Positions 17,117-27,293 of a stretch of 64,000 nt of DNA are shown in pieces. Source of the DNA: a virus. Made by a program: the position numbers and the translations under genes. Below the pieces are notes generated by a model. That model was given only the letters and a program-made list of their open reading frames with translations, did not search any database and was not told the DNA's origin. The stretch covers positions 1-64,000 of IMG/VR virus record IMGVR_UViG_3300043540_000321; one strand, given 5' to 3'. Positions within the stretch are counted from its first letter, which is position 1. Every line of letters starts with the position of its first letter.

Positions 17117-19245
17117 GTCTTGATGATAAACAACACCCGACCGTGCTTCGGTATGGTGTTGATCGGCGTGCCGGAGCCTGTGTTCTGAAGCAGGATACCT
17201 GTACCGGACGAGTTGATACCCACACCGGTCGTTCCACTGACCACTGAGAGACCTGTGTATCCCAGGTTCACTCCAATGCCTGATGTAGCGGCGTTAGTCG
17301 GATACCGAAGGAAGTTAGGGGCGATCCATGCCGCCGGTCCGTCTACAGCCGGCGGAACTCCTCCTTGAATTACAGTCCCAGAGGTGGAACTGGTATACAC
17401 AGCCCACGAGTCCCACGTATGTTGGTGTCCTGGGTCTGACACGCCATGCACATGTCCTGGGTCAGAAACGTTATGGGTATGCCCGGTGTCCCGAATGGTA
17501 TGAGTATGTCCTGTGTCTGTAACAGCGTGGCTGTGAGCAGGAAGATTTGAGATCGATAGTGTGGTTGTGTTCGAGCCACCTGTAACCCCAACGGCGGCGG
17601 AGCCTGACGACCCAACCAAAGTACTGTCTGCCAGGTTGGGCAAGTTAAAGTTGCCTCCCGACCCGCCCCAGGTTGTTCCGATCGCGGCGTACAAGTTAGG
17701 GTAGGCGGCTGCACTGAGGGACCGTCCGTCACAGGGGAGGTACCCACTGGGCACGTTCGCGGCGACCCCACCGAACGGCAAGATGACTCCGGGAGGGAAT
17801 GTAGCGTTAGCCGCCAGAGCGGAGTTGACGTAGGCTGTGGTGGCTACGTTCTGACTGTTGTCTCCGGTGATTGGAGTCGGAGCTGTCACTGTTCCGACGA
17901 AGGCAGCCCCACTCAAACTTGCCTTCTGCGCCAGGAGGTTATCGACCGAGGTCTTCAAGTAGACAACCGGGTTCGAGGCTGTTTGGTCAATCTTGACCAG
18001 ACCAAACAGAGTGGGAGTTGCGATCGCCAGAGCATTCACGATGTTCTGGTTCACCAACCCCTGCACAAATGCAGTGCTGGCTGCGTTCTGACTGTTGTCG
18101 GTCAAGGCGACAGTCGGCACTGTAATACCTGCTGTGAATGTCGTAGGCCCGCTAACTGTCGCATTATTCGACACAACAAGAGGGCCACTGATGGTGGTGT
18201 TGCCAGCGGCCGCCAGCGGTCCTTGAGTATTCAAGGACCCGTTTGTCTGTACGTTGCCTGTGAAGGTTAGGTTGTTCGGAACAGTAAGAGCATCGTAGAC
18301 GGCAGCAGACATTCCAACTGGGACAGCCGCTGGGTCTACAGTGGCAACGGACGAGAAGTCAGAGTGTAGAACGACACCTGTAAGTTGTCCGTTGTAGATA
18401 ATACTGCTGGAGGACAGGCTACAGTTCGAGCGACCCAACACCTCCAGGAAATTAATAAAACTGGCTCCCGCGCAGGGGCATTGAAGAGGAAGTCCAGTCG
18501 CCCGGGTGGACACTTTAATAATGGATGAGTTATTGCCCTGAATATGGCAGCGCCCGGTTCCTCCAACCGTGTAGCCCTGCAAGATATTCAGGTGAGACTC
18601 ATCCAGAGTGATATGAGAGGTCTGAATCGTGTTATCGGTCGGACCGATCGAGTTGAAAGTTACGTTCCCCAGGTAGATTAACCCGCGCCTCAGAGCTGAG
18701 ACGAACGCTACACCACCTGTGTTGGTGTTCAAGGTGTTGGTCGCGAAGACAATATCATGGAGTTCAACTCGAGCATTGTCTTGAACTCGCAGACAGTACG
18801 GCGAGGTGGCTACATTCAAAGTCCAGGTGACCTGTCCGGACTGACCGGCTGTCCTCTGAAAAACGAAGTGAGCGTACTGCCCACCGTACGACAGGGGCGG
18901 GGTGCCTATAATGACAGAGTCCGTGTACTGACCCGGCGACAGATTAATAATAATCTGCTGGTTAGTGATATTAAAGCTGTAGGCAAGAGTGACTGCCGCA
19001 GCTATAGTTTTAAGAGGATTATTCGAGTTGAGTCCTGACGACGTGTCATTTCCACTCGGAGAGACATAGATATTCAGCGGAGAAGTAACGCGAGGTATGG
19101 CACTTCCAGAGAGAACGGCCATGTTTGCGTTGAACTTTTGGAAACAAGAGCGAAACGGATCGCCTGTGCCGTCATCGGGTGCATTTCCGATGTTGATTTG
19201 CTGAAGACTCTGACTTCCGAAAGGAAGATTAGGTAGGTTAACCAT
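17113..19245 (-). CDS. Phage tail fibre with tail-collar domain
   Basis: QINIGNAPDDGTGDPFR..KFNAN (T4 gp9/gp10-like N-terminus); DNSQN.A(S/T)TA(F/Y)V repeats; collar PPGVILPFGG..GYLPCDG..YPNLYAAIGTTWG..FNLPNL; HxH repeats. Confidence 0.9.
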   Translation of the reverse strand: MVNLPNLPFGSQSLQQINIGNAPDDGTGDPFRSCFQKFNANMAVLSGSAIPRVTSPLNIYVSPSGNDTSSGLNSNNPLKTIAAAVTLAYSFNITNQQIIINLSPGQYTDSVIIGTPPLSYGGQYAHFVFQRTAGQSGQVTWTLNVATSPYCLRVQDNARVELHDIVFATNTLNTNTGGVAFVSALRRGLIYLGNVTFNSIGPTDNTIQTSHITLDESHLNILQGYTVGGTGRCHIQGNNSSIIKVSTRATGLPLQCPCAGASFINFLEVLGRSNCSLSSSSIIYNGQLTGVVLHSDFSSVATVDPAAVPVGMSAAVYDALTVPNNLTFTGNVQTNGSLNTQGPLAAAGNTTISGPLVVSNNATVSGPTTFTAGITVPTVALTDNSQNAASTAFVQGLVNQNIVNALAIATPTLFGLVKIDQTASNPVVYLKTSVDNLLAQKASLSGAAFVGTVTAPTPITGDNSQNVATTAYVNSALAANATFPPGVILPFGGVAANVPSGYLPCDGRSLSAAAYPNLYAAIGTTWGGSGGNFNLPNLADSTLVGSSGSAAVGVTGGSNTTTLSISNLPAHSHAVTDTGHTHTIRDTGHTHNVSDPGHVHGVSDPGHQHTWDSWAVYTSSTSGTVIQGGVPPAVDGPAAWIAPNFLRYPTNAATSGIGVNLGYTGLSVVSGTTGVGINSSGTGILLQNTGSGTPINTIPKHGRVLFIIKT

Positions 19246-19341
19246 GCGGGCAGCAGAACTCTAACTGCCATGCTAGATACGACAGTTGCTACAAAAGTAG
19301 CCACGTTAAAACATTGAACTACTAAGTACCGAGGGATTTTT

Positions 19342-19656
19342 ATGAGCAACATCACTAATCTGAGAGAACTTACCCTGGATCAGTTGCTGGCGAAGCGGCA
19401 AGAGATTATCAGTGAATATCGCGATGCTCTGAGCACGGTTGACATGGCTATCGGCAACAAGCTGGAGCAATTCCAGCTTGACTTGGCTGAAGCGAACCGT
19501 CGAGTGCAAGAGTACCTGGATTTGATTGCCACCCCAGCGGTCCCGGAGGTAGAAGTACCTGAGCTGGGTGATGCAGAAGCGATCGTCAAAGAAGTTTTGG
19601 GAGGAGGGGTCGATGTGTCACGAACCCCACCGCATGGCGGATGGGGCTTGAAATAG
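19342..19656 (+). CDS. Hypothetical coiled-coil protein
   Basis: 104-aa ATG ORF with GAGG RBS. Confidence 0.6.
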   Translation: MSNITNLRELTLDQLLAKRQEIISEYRDALSTVDMAIGNKLEQFQLDLAEANRRVQEYLDLIATPAVPEVEVPELGDAEAIVKEVLGGGVDVSRTPPHGGWGLK

Positions 19657-19737
19657 CCAGATTTCGAGCGTAAGTCTGGCTAGTATCTTGAAATCTCTTA
19701 TCCCTGAGGTGGTGGATTAAACGACAAGGGTAGAAGA

Positions 19738-20895
19738 CTAAACCACAACAATAGGGGCGAAGGTGTTGAATCCATACTTGGAGTCAATCACTAGAAACCC
19801 CTGCTGTGGTCGCTCACTTGAGCAGCCAGTATGAACCGAATAGGCACTCGGACCGATAAGGGAACCATTCGTCAGGTGGTTCCCCCCATAGCCTAAGGTG
19901 TGAAAATGCCCGAGCACATCCAGATTAGCCACTCTCTGGGTGTTGACTCGGGCAATAAATTTATTAAGGGGGATAGTGATTCCTCCGACGCCGCCGCCGA
20001 ATTTCACACGATCGCCGTGATGGAATCTCAATACCTGATCGTAGACGCGCAAGTAGGTGAAGTAGCCCTCGGTGATATGCCATTCAAGCTCTGGAATGTC
20101 CTTCTCCAGAAATCGGTACATCATCCACTCATAAGAGTTCTTCGCTCCGGTGTTAAACCGAATCTTCTTCGTAGTCCGTCCGTGATTGCCGTAGGAGCAG
20201 ACGACTTTGAACGATTCGAAGGACAGGTTGGATTGTAGAAAACGCAGTCCTGACGCTATCAGTTTCTGACAGAACAGCACCTCCTGAACCGGAGACATGG
20301 AGTTGGACTCCTCTAACTCTTCGTGGATATACCCGGTGATCAGGTCTCCGCCCAACCAGAGGACGATGTGCTTGATGGGTATCGCTCGGTCTTCCTTTTT
20401 TATTAAATCTAGAGCGTTCTGAAAATACCGTTCCGATCGTGCCCGAGCGATATCCGGATTGTATTCGTTGAGGTCATTGACAATGTCCGGCTCGACCGTC
20501 TCACCAACGTGCCAATCACTGGCAAGGATGAGAGCAGTAGCTTCCCGTCCATTTGGGTTCGCAGGCGCGATCGTGTTAACATCCAGGATGGTTTCTTCCA
20601 TGTTGGATGTAAACGCACTGCGCTTTTCGTGTAGCTCAAGCTCACTATTCAAGTGCTTGATTAAACGAGTCTGTTCTTGAATCTTGGTCGTCTTCTTGTC
20701 GAGTTGGCGGAGTAACTTAGCCATCTCAGTTAGAGGAGGCTCATTCAGGTACAGCGTGTCGTCTACGACATGAGCACCGACAGACAACGACAGGTCCAGA
20801 ATTGCTCCAGGAGAGATCTCTAGTCTGTCCGACAACTCACCTATAGAGATAGGCCCACTCTCTTGGAGTGACTCTAGGATGATGTCAGTTAGCAT
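19738..20895 (-). CDS. Calcineurin-like metallophosphoesterase with N-terminal HTH/coiled coil
   Basis: ASDWHVG, GGDLITG, YGNHG, FHHGD, GHFH motifs. Confidence 0.85.
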   Translation of the reverse strand: MLTDIILESLQESGPISIGELSDRLEISPGAILDLSLSVGAHVVDDTLYLNEPPLTEMAKLLRQLDKKTTKIQEQTRLIKHLNSELELHEKRSAFTSNMEETILDVNTIAPANPNGREATALILASDWHVGETVEPDIVNDLNEYNPDIARARSERYFQNALDLIKKEDRAIPIKHIVLWLGGDLITGYIHEELEESNSMSPVQEVLFCQKLIASGLRFLQSNLSFESFKVVCSYGNHGRTTKKIRFNTGAKNSYEWMMYRFLEKDIPELEWHITEGYFTYLRVYDQVLRFHHGDRVKFGGGVGGITIPLNKFIARVNTQRVANLDVLGHFHTLGYGGNHLTNGSLIGPSAYSVHTGCSSERPQQGFLVIDSKYGFNTFAPIVVV

Positions 20896-22022
20896 GAAAA
20901 AAGTCTGGTAATGTTCTCGTCGCTACGAGATGCCCTATCTTCAGCTAACTCAACTTTCGTAACGATCAGGTATCCAAAAAAAGGTACGAAGTTCCTATGA
21001 AACTTTCTTCCAAGTCCAGCGGTAAAGCCTTTAAGCCTCGAGCCAAGTCCAGTCTTGATACTCGACAGGCATTCGACCAAGCAATAGCCTTTCAACAAGC
21101 AGGTCAGTTGACGGAAGCCGAGCAGCTCTGTAGACAGATCTTGCGACAAGAGCCTCAAAATATCCACGCATTAAACTTGTTGGGCATTGTTGCTTGTCAG
21201 TTTGGTCGATTCATGGAGGGGATTGACTTTTATCGGCGAGCCTTGGAAGTGAAGCCAGGATTTATCGGTGCAAGAGGTAATCTTGCCCTGGCTTTGGAGA
21301 AATGGGGCGGGCAGATGATGGACGAGGCTGAAGTCATCTTTAATCAGATCATTACTTACGAGCCTCAGGACATTAAATCTTACGAGAACTTGAGTACTCT
21401 CCTGCTGGAGCGAGGTCATCTAAACAAAGCTCTACACTATCTCTACGCTGGATTGCAAGTGCAACCGAACAACCCCACTCTCCTTAACAACATTGGTACG
21501 GTGCTGCATGAGCAAGGTAAGTACGAACAGGCGGCGACCTACCATCGTAGAGCGTTAGAGGTTCAACCTGGTATGGCCAGTGCCATTGTTGGGTTGGCTC
21601 TAAGCTCACAAGTCCAGGGAGAGTTTGAGGAAGCAATCGAACTTTTCAACCAGGCGGTACGTTCCGAACCCCACAATGTCGTAGCTCACTACAACAGGGC
21701 TTTACTGCATCTGATGTTGGGGAACTATAAAGAGGGGTTCGAAGATTACGAGTGGAGGTTCCTAACAAAGGACTTTACACCCTGTCCCTTCGAACAGCCA
21801 ATGTGGGACGGCAGCGACCTGAACGGACGAACTCTGGTTCTGCACGGAGAGCAGGGAATGGGAGACACTATCCAGTTCATTCGCTACGCTGCGATCGCTA
21901 CTCAGAAAGGCGGGCGCGTCATTCTTACCTGCCACGAGCCTTTAATAGGTAGACGGGAAATCCCCGGTCTTCTATAAGCCGGGGATGAGAGGCGCGGCAA
22001 TGAAGCGGAGCGGAGTTGCCAA

Positions 22023-22439
22023 CTAGATTGCCGGGGAGTCCTGATTCTGAATGTACTGCTTCAATACTTCAATCGGAGCCCCGCCAGTAGACGCAACAAA
22101 GTATTGTTCACCCCAAAGTACATTCTTCCAGTAGAACTTGCTCAGTTCTTCGGCAAACTCTTTTCTCAGGATCCGGCTAGAGGCTGACTTGAGGCTACCC
22201 ATCAGGCTTGAGATGTTGTTGTCTGGATGCAGATCAATCAAGAGATGAATATGGTTAGCTTCTGCCCCGCACTCCTCAAGGGTGCATTTTCGCGCTTCCA
22301 GCACTCGCGTAAAGATCTCCTCTAGCCGTTTGACCATTGCCGCATTGAAAACGTGCTTACGGTATTTAGGGACAAAAAAGACGTGCAAGTGAATTGAGAA
22401 AACGCAATGTGAAGCTTTTCTATAGGTAGTCTTAGACAT
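22023..22439 (-). CDS. tnpA: IS200/IS605 Y1 (HUH) transposase
   Basis: HLHVFFVPKYRK, HUH motif NHIHLL, LWGEQYF.S.G, catalytic Y in KQYIQNQ. Confidence 0.95.
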   Translation of the reverse strand: MSKTTYRKASHCVFSIHLHVFFVPKYRKHVFNAAMVKRLEEIFTRVLEARKCTLEECGAEANHIHLLIDLHPDNNISSLMGSLKSASSRILRKEFAEELSKFYWKNVLWGEQYFVASTGGAPIEVLKQYIQNQDSPAI

Positions 22440-22463
22440 GACAACTCAAGCTACAATAACCTC

Positions 22464-23756
22464 ATGATTGTAACCCGCAGAATCACTTTCAGGCTGTATC
22501 CGAAAGTTGCTCAAGAGCGCAAGCTGTATGAGTGGCGACGGTTGCATTGCTATCTCTACAACTCTGCCTTGGCAGACAGGAAGGATAGCTATCAAAAGCT
22601 TGGCAAGTCTGTAGGTTACTTCGAACAACAGAACCGACTGCCTGAGTTCAAAACAGTGTGGACTGAGTTCAAGGCACTTGGTTCGCAGGCGTTGCAAGCC
22701 ACACTCAAACGGGTTGATTTTGCGTTTCAGCGCTTCTTCAAAGGTTTGGGTGGCTATCCTCGGGTTCAGTCGATTCGCAACTATTCAGGCTGGACTTACC
22801 CCGCGACAAGTGGCTGGAAGGCTCACACAACGGGCGACAACGGGTATCTGGAACTGTCTAATCTCGGGCAAATCCAGATGCGCGGCAAAGCGCGAACATG
22901 GGGCACTCCGACTACTTGCACCATCGTTTATCGACACGGCAAGTGGTATGCCTCCATCACGGTCAAGTGTGAGCCGAAGCGAAAGACTGAAGACGGTGCT
23001 GTAGGGCTTGATTTTGGCACGCTGACGGCAATTGCCGTGAGTGATGGTCAGAAGATTGAGAACCCCCGCTATCTGGCTGCTGCTCAGGCAAAGGTTAGGC
23101 AGGCATCAAAGCAAAAACGGCGGAAGCGAGCCCCCAATCGCAAACTCAAAATTAAGGGTTCGCGTCGCTGGAAGAAAGCTCAACAGCGAGTGTCAAAGCT
23201 TGTCCGCAAGGCAGCGAGACAGCGCACAGATTGGGCGCATAAACGCACGGCAGAGATCGTGAGCTACAACAGCCTCGTCGTGACGGAAAAACTCAATATC
23301 AAAGGCATGACCAGCAAAGCCAAAAAAGGGAAGCGCAAACGCCAAAAGACTGGTTTGAACCGCTCCATCCTGGATGTGGGCTGGGGCATGATGCGCGGGA
23401 TGTTGCAATACAAAGAAGCGGAGGCGAACGGGGTTTACCTAGAAGCACCGACGCAGCAACTCAAGCCCTCGCAGCGCTGCCCTGAATGCTGGCAAGTCAA
23501 ACCAAAGACTCTGGGGGAGCGTATTCACGACTGTCCCTGTGGTTGCACAGAGGATCGAGATGTTGCGTCCGCTAGAGTTTGCCTAATTTGGGCAAAGGGG
23601 TTAGGAACTAGCCTCTTGGACGCTGATCAGTCCGGCTCTACCAAAAGCCCCAAACACGCTGGAGGCTTTCGGCAACTGGCTGAAACGAAGCGTCAAAAAC
23701 TCCGCAATCTAGAGGACTCCGGGTTAGAAACCCCGTCCTCCTATGAGGCGGGGTAG
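22464..23756 (+). CDS. tnpB: TnpB RNA-guided endonuclease
   Basis: FRLYP HTH, RuvC GLDFG / VTEKL / DRDVASA, Zn finger CPEC..CPC. Confidence 0.95.
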   Translation: MIVTRRITFRLYPKVAQERKLYEWRRLHCYLYNSALADRKDSYQKLGKSVGYFEQQNRLPEFKTVWTEFKALGSQALQATLKRVDFAFQRFFKGLGGYPRVQSIRNYSGWTYPATSGWKAHTTGDNGYLELSNLGQIQMRGKARTWGTPTTCTIVYRHGKWYASITVKCEPKRKTEDGAVGLDFGTLTAIAVSDGQKIENPRYLAAAQAKVRQASKQKRRKRAPNRKLKIKGSRRWKKAQQRVSKLVRKAARQRTDWAHKRTAEIVSYNSLVVTEKLNIKGMTSKAKKGKRKRQKTGLNRSILDVGWGMMRGMLQYKEAEANGVYLEAPTQQLKPSQRCPECWQVKPKTLGERIHDCPCGCTEDRDVASARVCLIWAKGLGTSLLDADQSGSTKSPKHAGGFRQLAETKRQKLRNLEDSGLETPSSYEAG

Positions 23757-24412
23757 TTCATTAAAACTGCTCTCGACCATCTCAGGTATTGACCAAGTGA
23801 TTCCCTTGAACTACCCGTTGCCCCACTTCGATACCTACGCCCCGCTGATGAGTCTGCCGCGTATTCTGGGGACCACGATAGATACTGTACCCAACCATGT
23901 ACCTTACCTATCGGTTCCAGCGACCGCCTCACTTAAACAGTTAGAAGCTCCAGCACATACTCGACTGAAAGTTGGTATTGTCTGGGCGGGAGGAGTCCTG
24001 TACAAGCACAACGAGAGTCGTTCTTGCTCGCTGAGGCACTTTGAGCCTTTGTTCGAAGTGCCTGGAGTTGCGTTCTACAGCCTGCAAAAGGGAGTTCAGC
24101 GGGATGAGTTAAACTTGCTCGGATGGGAGGGCTGGGTACCTGATCTGGGACAGGACTTTAAGTCCCTGTCCGATACAACCGCCGCGATCGCACAGCTCAA
24201 CCTGCTGATCACCGTGGACACGGTGACTGCCCACCTGGCAGGTGCGATGGGCAAACCTGTATGGACACTGCTCTCTAACCCGGCTGATTGGCGCTGGATA
24301 GTAGGGAGGGAGGATAGCCCCTGGTACCCCACTATGCGTTTATTCAGGCAGCAAGAACCCGGTGATTGGGCAGGCGTGATTCAGCGAGTCAAAGAAGAGC
24401 TGAGGGACTTGG

Positions 24413-25078
24413 TCAAGCTGCCTTTAGAGCCTCCGCCCTACGAAGAATCTCTCGAAGTAAAGGATGTCGCTGGATATCCTCATCCGTGAGATGGATGACG
24501 TCTACGCCCTGAATTCCTTCGAGAAGTCGTGCGGCGTAGAGGATTCCATTACGGCCCTCAACATCCACTTGTTGAGGGTCGCCATTAATAACAACCTTCG
24601 ATCCTGACCCCATTCGAGTCAGGATTGTGATGATCATTTCCTCTGTCATGTTTTGAGATTCTTCGACTAGAATTCCAGTATTGAGGAAGGTTCGCCCTCG
24701 AAGATAGGAGACAGGAAGAGTTTCGATACATTTATTCTCGATGTAATAGCGAAGCTCTGTTCCGGTACACATTTGTGCCAGGTTGTCGACGATCGGACCC
24801 ATAAAGGGGGCCATCTTATCTCGAAATTCCCCAGGCAGAGCGCCGAGATGCTCATCGTTTGTATCAACAGCCAAGCGAACACAGACAATCTTTTCGAGCT
24901 TTCGAGTCTTGAGATGTTCCAACAGCGTTTGTATACTCAAACAGGTTTTTCCTGTTCCGGCTGGACCCGCGACAACTGTTATGGGGTTGTTCCAAATGCT
25001 TGCAACTAAGCGCTTCTGGCCAGGGGTTTTAGGACTGAATCGAGTACTGGTATCTGACAGACTACTCGGTTTGGTCAT
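24413..25078 (-). CDS. phoH: PhoH-family ATPase
   Basis: GPAGTGKT, LGALPG, YLRGRT, EESQN, LTRMG..SKVVINGDPQQVD, RHPL; ATG at 25078 preferred. Confidence 0.92.
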   Translation of the reverse strand: MTKPSSLSDTSTRFSPKTPGQKRLVASIWNNPITVVAGPAGTGKTCLSIQTLLEHLKTRKLEKIVCVRLAVDTNDEHLGALPGEFRDKMAPFMGPIVDNLAQMCTGTELRYYIENKCIETLPVSYLRGRTFLNTGILVEESQNMTEEMIITILTRMGSGSKVVINGDPQQVDVEGRNGILYAARLLEGIQGVDVIHLTDEDIQRHPLLREILRRAEALKAA

Positions 25079-25119
25079 AGTCAACTTCCTGCTAGTTTTG
25101 TCCACTATATTCAGAAAGA

Positions 25120-25821
25120 ATGTCCAATATGTTCCCGACTCCGGTCGAGATTCCAGATAAGATCCAAAATCCTTTGGTCCTCAGGGACTATCTACTTAAA
25201 GCAATTAAGGCTAACCGGCAGACTCTTTTGTATCGTCCTGACCTGGTTACTTCTGTAACCTGGCCTAAAGGGTATAACGGCATCATTAATATCCCGGACC
25301 ACTCTGACGTTCGTTACTCATACGCCCGCACCAGTGAGCTACTTAATAAATTTATTGAGAAACTGACCATCATCAACAGATATGACATTCCTCTGCCCGA
25401 GGGAGTGACGATGTTTACAGCTCTCACCTGGTTCGATCGCTTAGACCAACACGGGCACCCTGGGCACAGAGTTAATCTTGAGGTGGCTCTGGTCGCCTGG
25501 CTATCTTCAGATGAGTTCCGGTGGCATTCACTCTATCCTTTCTGCCCAGAAGACCTATCGTACGGGCTGGTAAGACAGTATTACAGTCCTGTAATAGACA
25601 CCGCTCTATTTTTCATTGGACTTCCCTGGCAAGACATTGACATCAAGAGCTTTTTTCTCTCCGAAGACTTACCCACAGACCTTGAGGAGCTACAAAGTTT
25701 TTATCAAGTTCTTACGGTCAGTAAGAATAAGTGTAATAAGTTTCTTGAAGCGATGGGAACCGAGGAAGTTAATCTGTGTGAAGAAGCTGCCCGTTTAGCG
25801 TTGAGGCGTCTCAGCGCATGA
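25120..25821 (+). CDS. Hypothetical protein
   Basis: 233-aa ATG ORF. Confidence 0.65.
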   Translation: MSNMFPTPVEIPDKIQNPLVLRDYLLKAIKANRQTLLYRPDLVTSVTWPKGYNGIINIPDHSDVRYSYARTSELLNKFIEKLTIINRYDIPLPEGVTMFTALTWFDRLDQHGHPGHRVNLEVALVAWLSSDEFRWHSLYPFCPEDLSYGLVRQYYSPVIDTALFFIGLPWQDIDIKSFFLSEDLPTDLEELQSFYQVLTVSKNKCNKFLEAMGTEEVNLCEEAARLALRRLSA

Positions 25822-25838
25822 TAGGTCTCCTTACGTTC

Positions 25839-26225
25839 TCAAAGTGCTGAGAACGTAAGGGTTACGTGGGTTGGAGTGAGGATTGCATTTGTGGTTTTAA
25901 TCTTCAACTGATCTATATCTAGACCAGACGGGTTCACCCAAAGTAGGTATTGACTGGCTATGCCGATCCATACGTCAACCTGGTTGAAGTTTGTAAAGGA
26001 GACATCAACAGGAGCATTTGCTTTAACACAAATGAGAGCAACCTGTTGTAGGGTAGGCAGAGATACAATGGTTGTCGTTGAGGGGGGAATAACCAGGTTC
26101 GTTTGCTCCTGATTGTTCACGGGGATAGAGACGATAGAGTACTTTGAGACTATCTCATCACCAACTCCAGCTCCGGCTGCGTCGATGGATTGAATTTGCG
26201 AGGAGATTGATAGTAGGTAGGACAT
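25839..26225 (-). CDS. Hypothetical protein (possibly virion-associated)
   Basis: Beta-rich 128-aa ORF from ATG 26225; the longer TTG start overlaps the divergent gene. Confidence 0.55.
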   Translation of the reverse strand: MSYLLSISSQIQSIDAAGAGVGDEIVSKYSIVSIPVNNQEQTNLVIPPSTTTIVSLPTLQQVALICVKANAPVDVSFTNFNQVDVWIGIASQYLLWVNPSGLDIDQLKIKTTNAILTPTHVTLTFSAL

Positions 26226-26358
26226 AGGAGTATAAGGCTCCAGAGTGGCACTACTATCATGCCCTTTGAACCATTTGATAAAGTACGCAAGCAGGTCATC
26301 CACCGGTCTGATACCGCCCGTTAATCTTTGCGTGTTGTACACTAGATGGGCTTGTATA

Positions 26359-26913
26359 ATGGACAACTGTCCGAACGACTTTTATCTCAATTGTAAAAAT
26401 TCAGGGCGCAAGTGCAAGATCTGCGCGGCTGGTTTTAGGAAGAACGGGAGATTATTTTACGACCCCGTAGATGATTTAGGGTTGCATCCAATTCAAAAAC
26501 AACCCGAACTTGACAAGGGCACTGACCAGGCACAGGCAGAGAAAACCGAAAATCAGAAGCAGCAGAGCCGCTATATTAAAGGCGGTTTCCGAAACGAACG
26601 TAAAACTCTTCGGAGAATTCGTCGTAAGGTCTCTCCATCTGTAATCCGTCCGACTCTTCGGTCTGGTGCTGTTCATGGAGACGGTGATTATTATCTTCTC
26701 CAAGGGATTTTGCGAGGGGATGCCAAACGTCGGTTCAAAGCCAAAAGTTTCACCCTGAAATGGGAGGAATACGCCAAGCGCGGAGTGATCAACCACTGGT
26801 ACATCACTATCGAGCGGGATGGAATTGAACATACGGTTGTCGTCCTAACAGAGCGAGCCTTTGTAGACCTACTGAACCTTTTACCGAACGGCCCTCAAGA
26901 AGATTATTTATGA
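26359..26913 (+). CDS. Putative PD-(D/E)XK Holliday-junction resolvase-like nuclease with N-terminal Cys cluster
   Basis: C..CKN..KCKIC; GGFRNERK..SGAVHGDGD..DAKRR pattern; upstream of recA. Confidence 0.5.
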   Translation: MDNCPNDFYLNCKNSGRKCKICAAGFRKNGRLFYDPVDDLGLHPIQKQPELDKGTDQAQAEKTENQKQQSRYIKGGFRNERKTLRRIRRKVSPSVIRPTLRSGAVHGDGDYYLLQGILRGDAKRRFKAKSFTLKWEEYAKRGVINHWYITIERDGIEHTVVVLTERAFVDLLNLLPNGPQEDYL

Positions 26914-27293
26914 ACGAGCAAGAATGGATCGAGAGTTTTAAGCAATTTGGGCTAACCGGGCAGGATACCTCTGCTGAAGACACTCTTCTAAAATTATTTT
27001 CCGATATTGTCGCCATTACCTATAGGGGGTCAGAAGGGTCTAAAGAGCAGGCAATCAACACTGCGCTGAACATTGCGGAGGTTTTGCACGCTGAAGTAGA
27101 CCTGACGATGACTCGCTCATTTTTTGATGGGGTTGCCGAATGGGCGCAACTGCTTCAAGATCGGTTGCCCCAATTGAGCGGAAAACAGTGTACCGAGATT
27201 GTTATGCTACGACTTAGCTTACTACAAGAGCAGGCTCGTTCCCTCCTCTACGAATACTCAACTGACTTAAGAGGCAAAGACATCGATGTCTGA
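26910..27293 (+). CDS. Hypothetical protein
   Basis: Overlapping stop/start with both neighbours. Confidence 0.65.
   Translation: MNEQEWIESFKQFGLTGQDTSAEDTLLKLFSDIVAITYRGSEGSKEQAINTALNIAEVLHAEVDLTMTRSFFDGVAEWAQLLQDRLPQLSGKQCTEIVMLRLSLLQEQARSLLYEYSTDLRGKDIDV

Larger units (their letters stand above)
21946..23761 (+). mobile_element. IS605-type element (divergent tnpA and tnpB)
   Basis: Left hairpin ATCCCCGG..CCGGGGAT (~21960-21987), right hairpin ACCCCG..CGGGGT then AGTTCA; removal restores the host frame; ends uncertain by 1-2 nt. Confidence 0.9.
20997..24489 (+). pseudogene. TPR-repeat glycosyltransferase (GT9-like C-terminus) interrupted by IS605
   Basis: 5' part has several TPRs then WDGSDLNGRTLVLHGEQGMGDTIQFIRY; the frame resumes at 23761 with LKLLSTI..PLMSLP..GIVWAG..YSLQKG..ITVDT..AHLAGAMGKP..DWRW..SPWYPTMRLFRQ. 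Confidence 0.9.

Noticed and set aside
17113-19245. Diversity-generating retroelement acting on the tail fibre
   Set aside because: No reverse transcriptase and no template/variable repeat pair seen in the window
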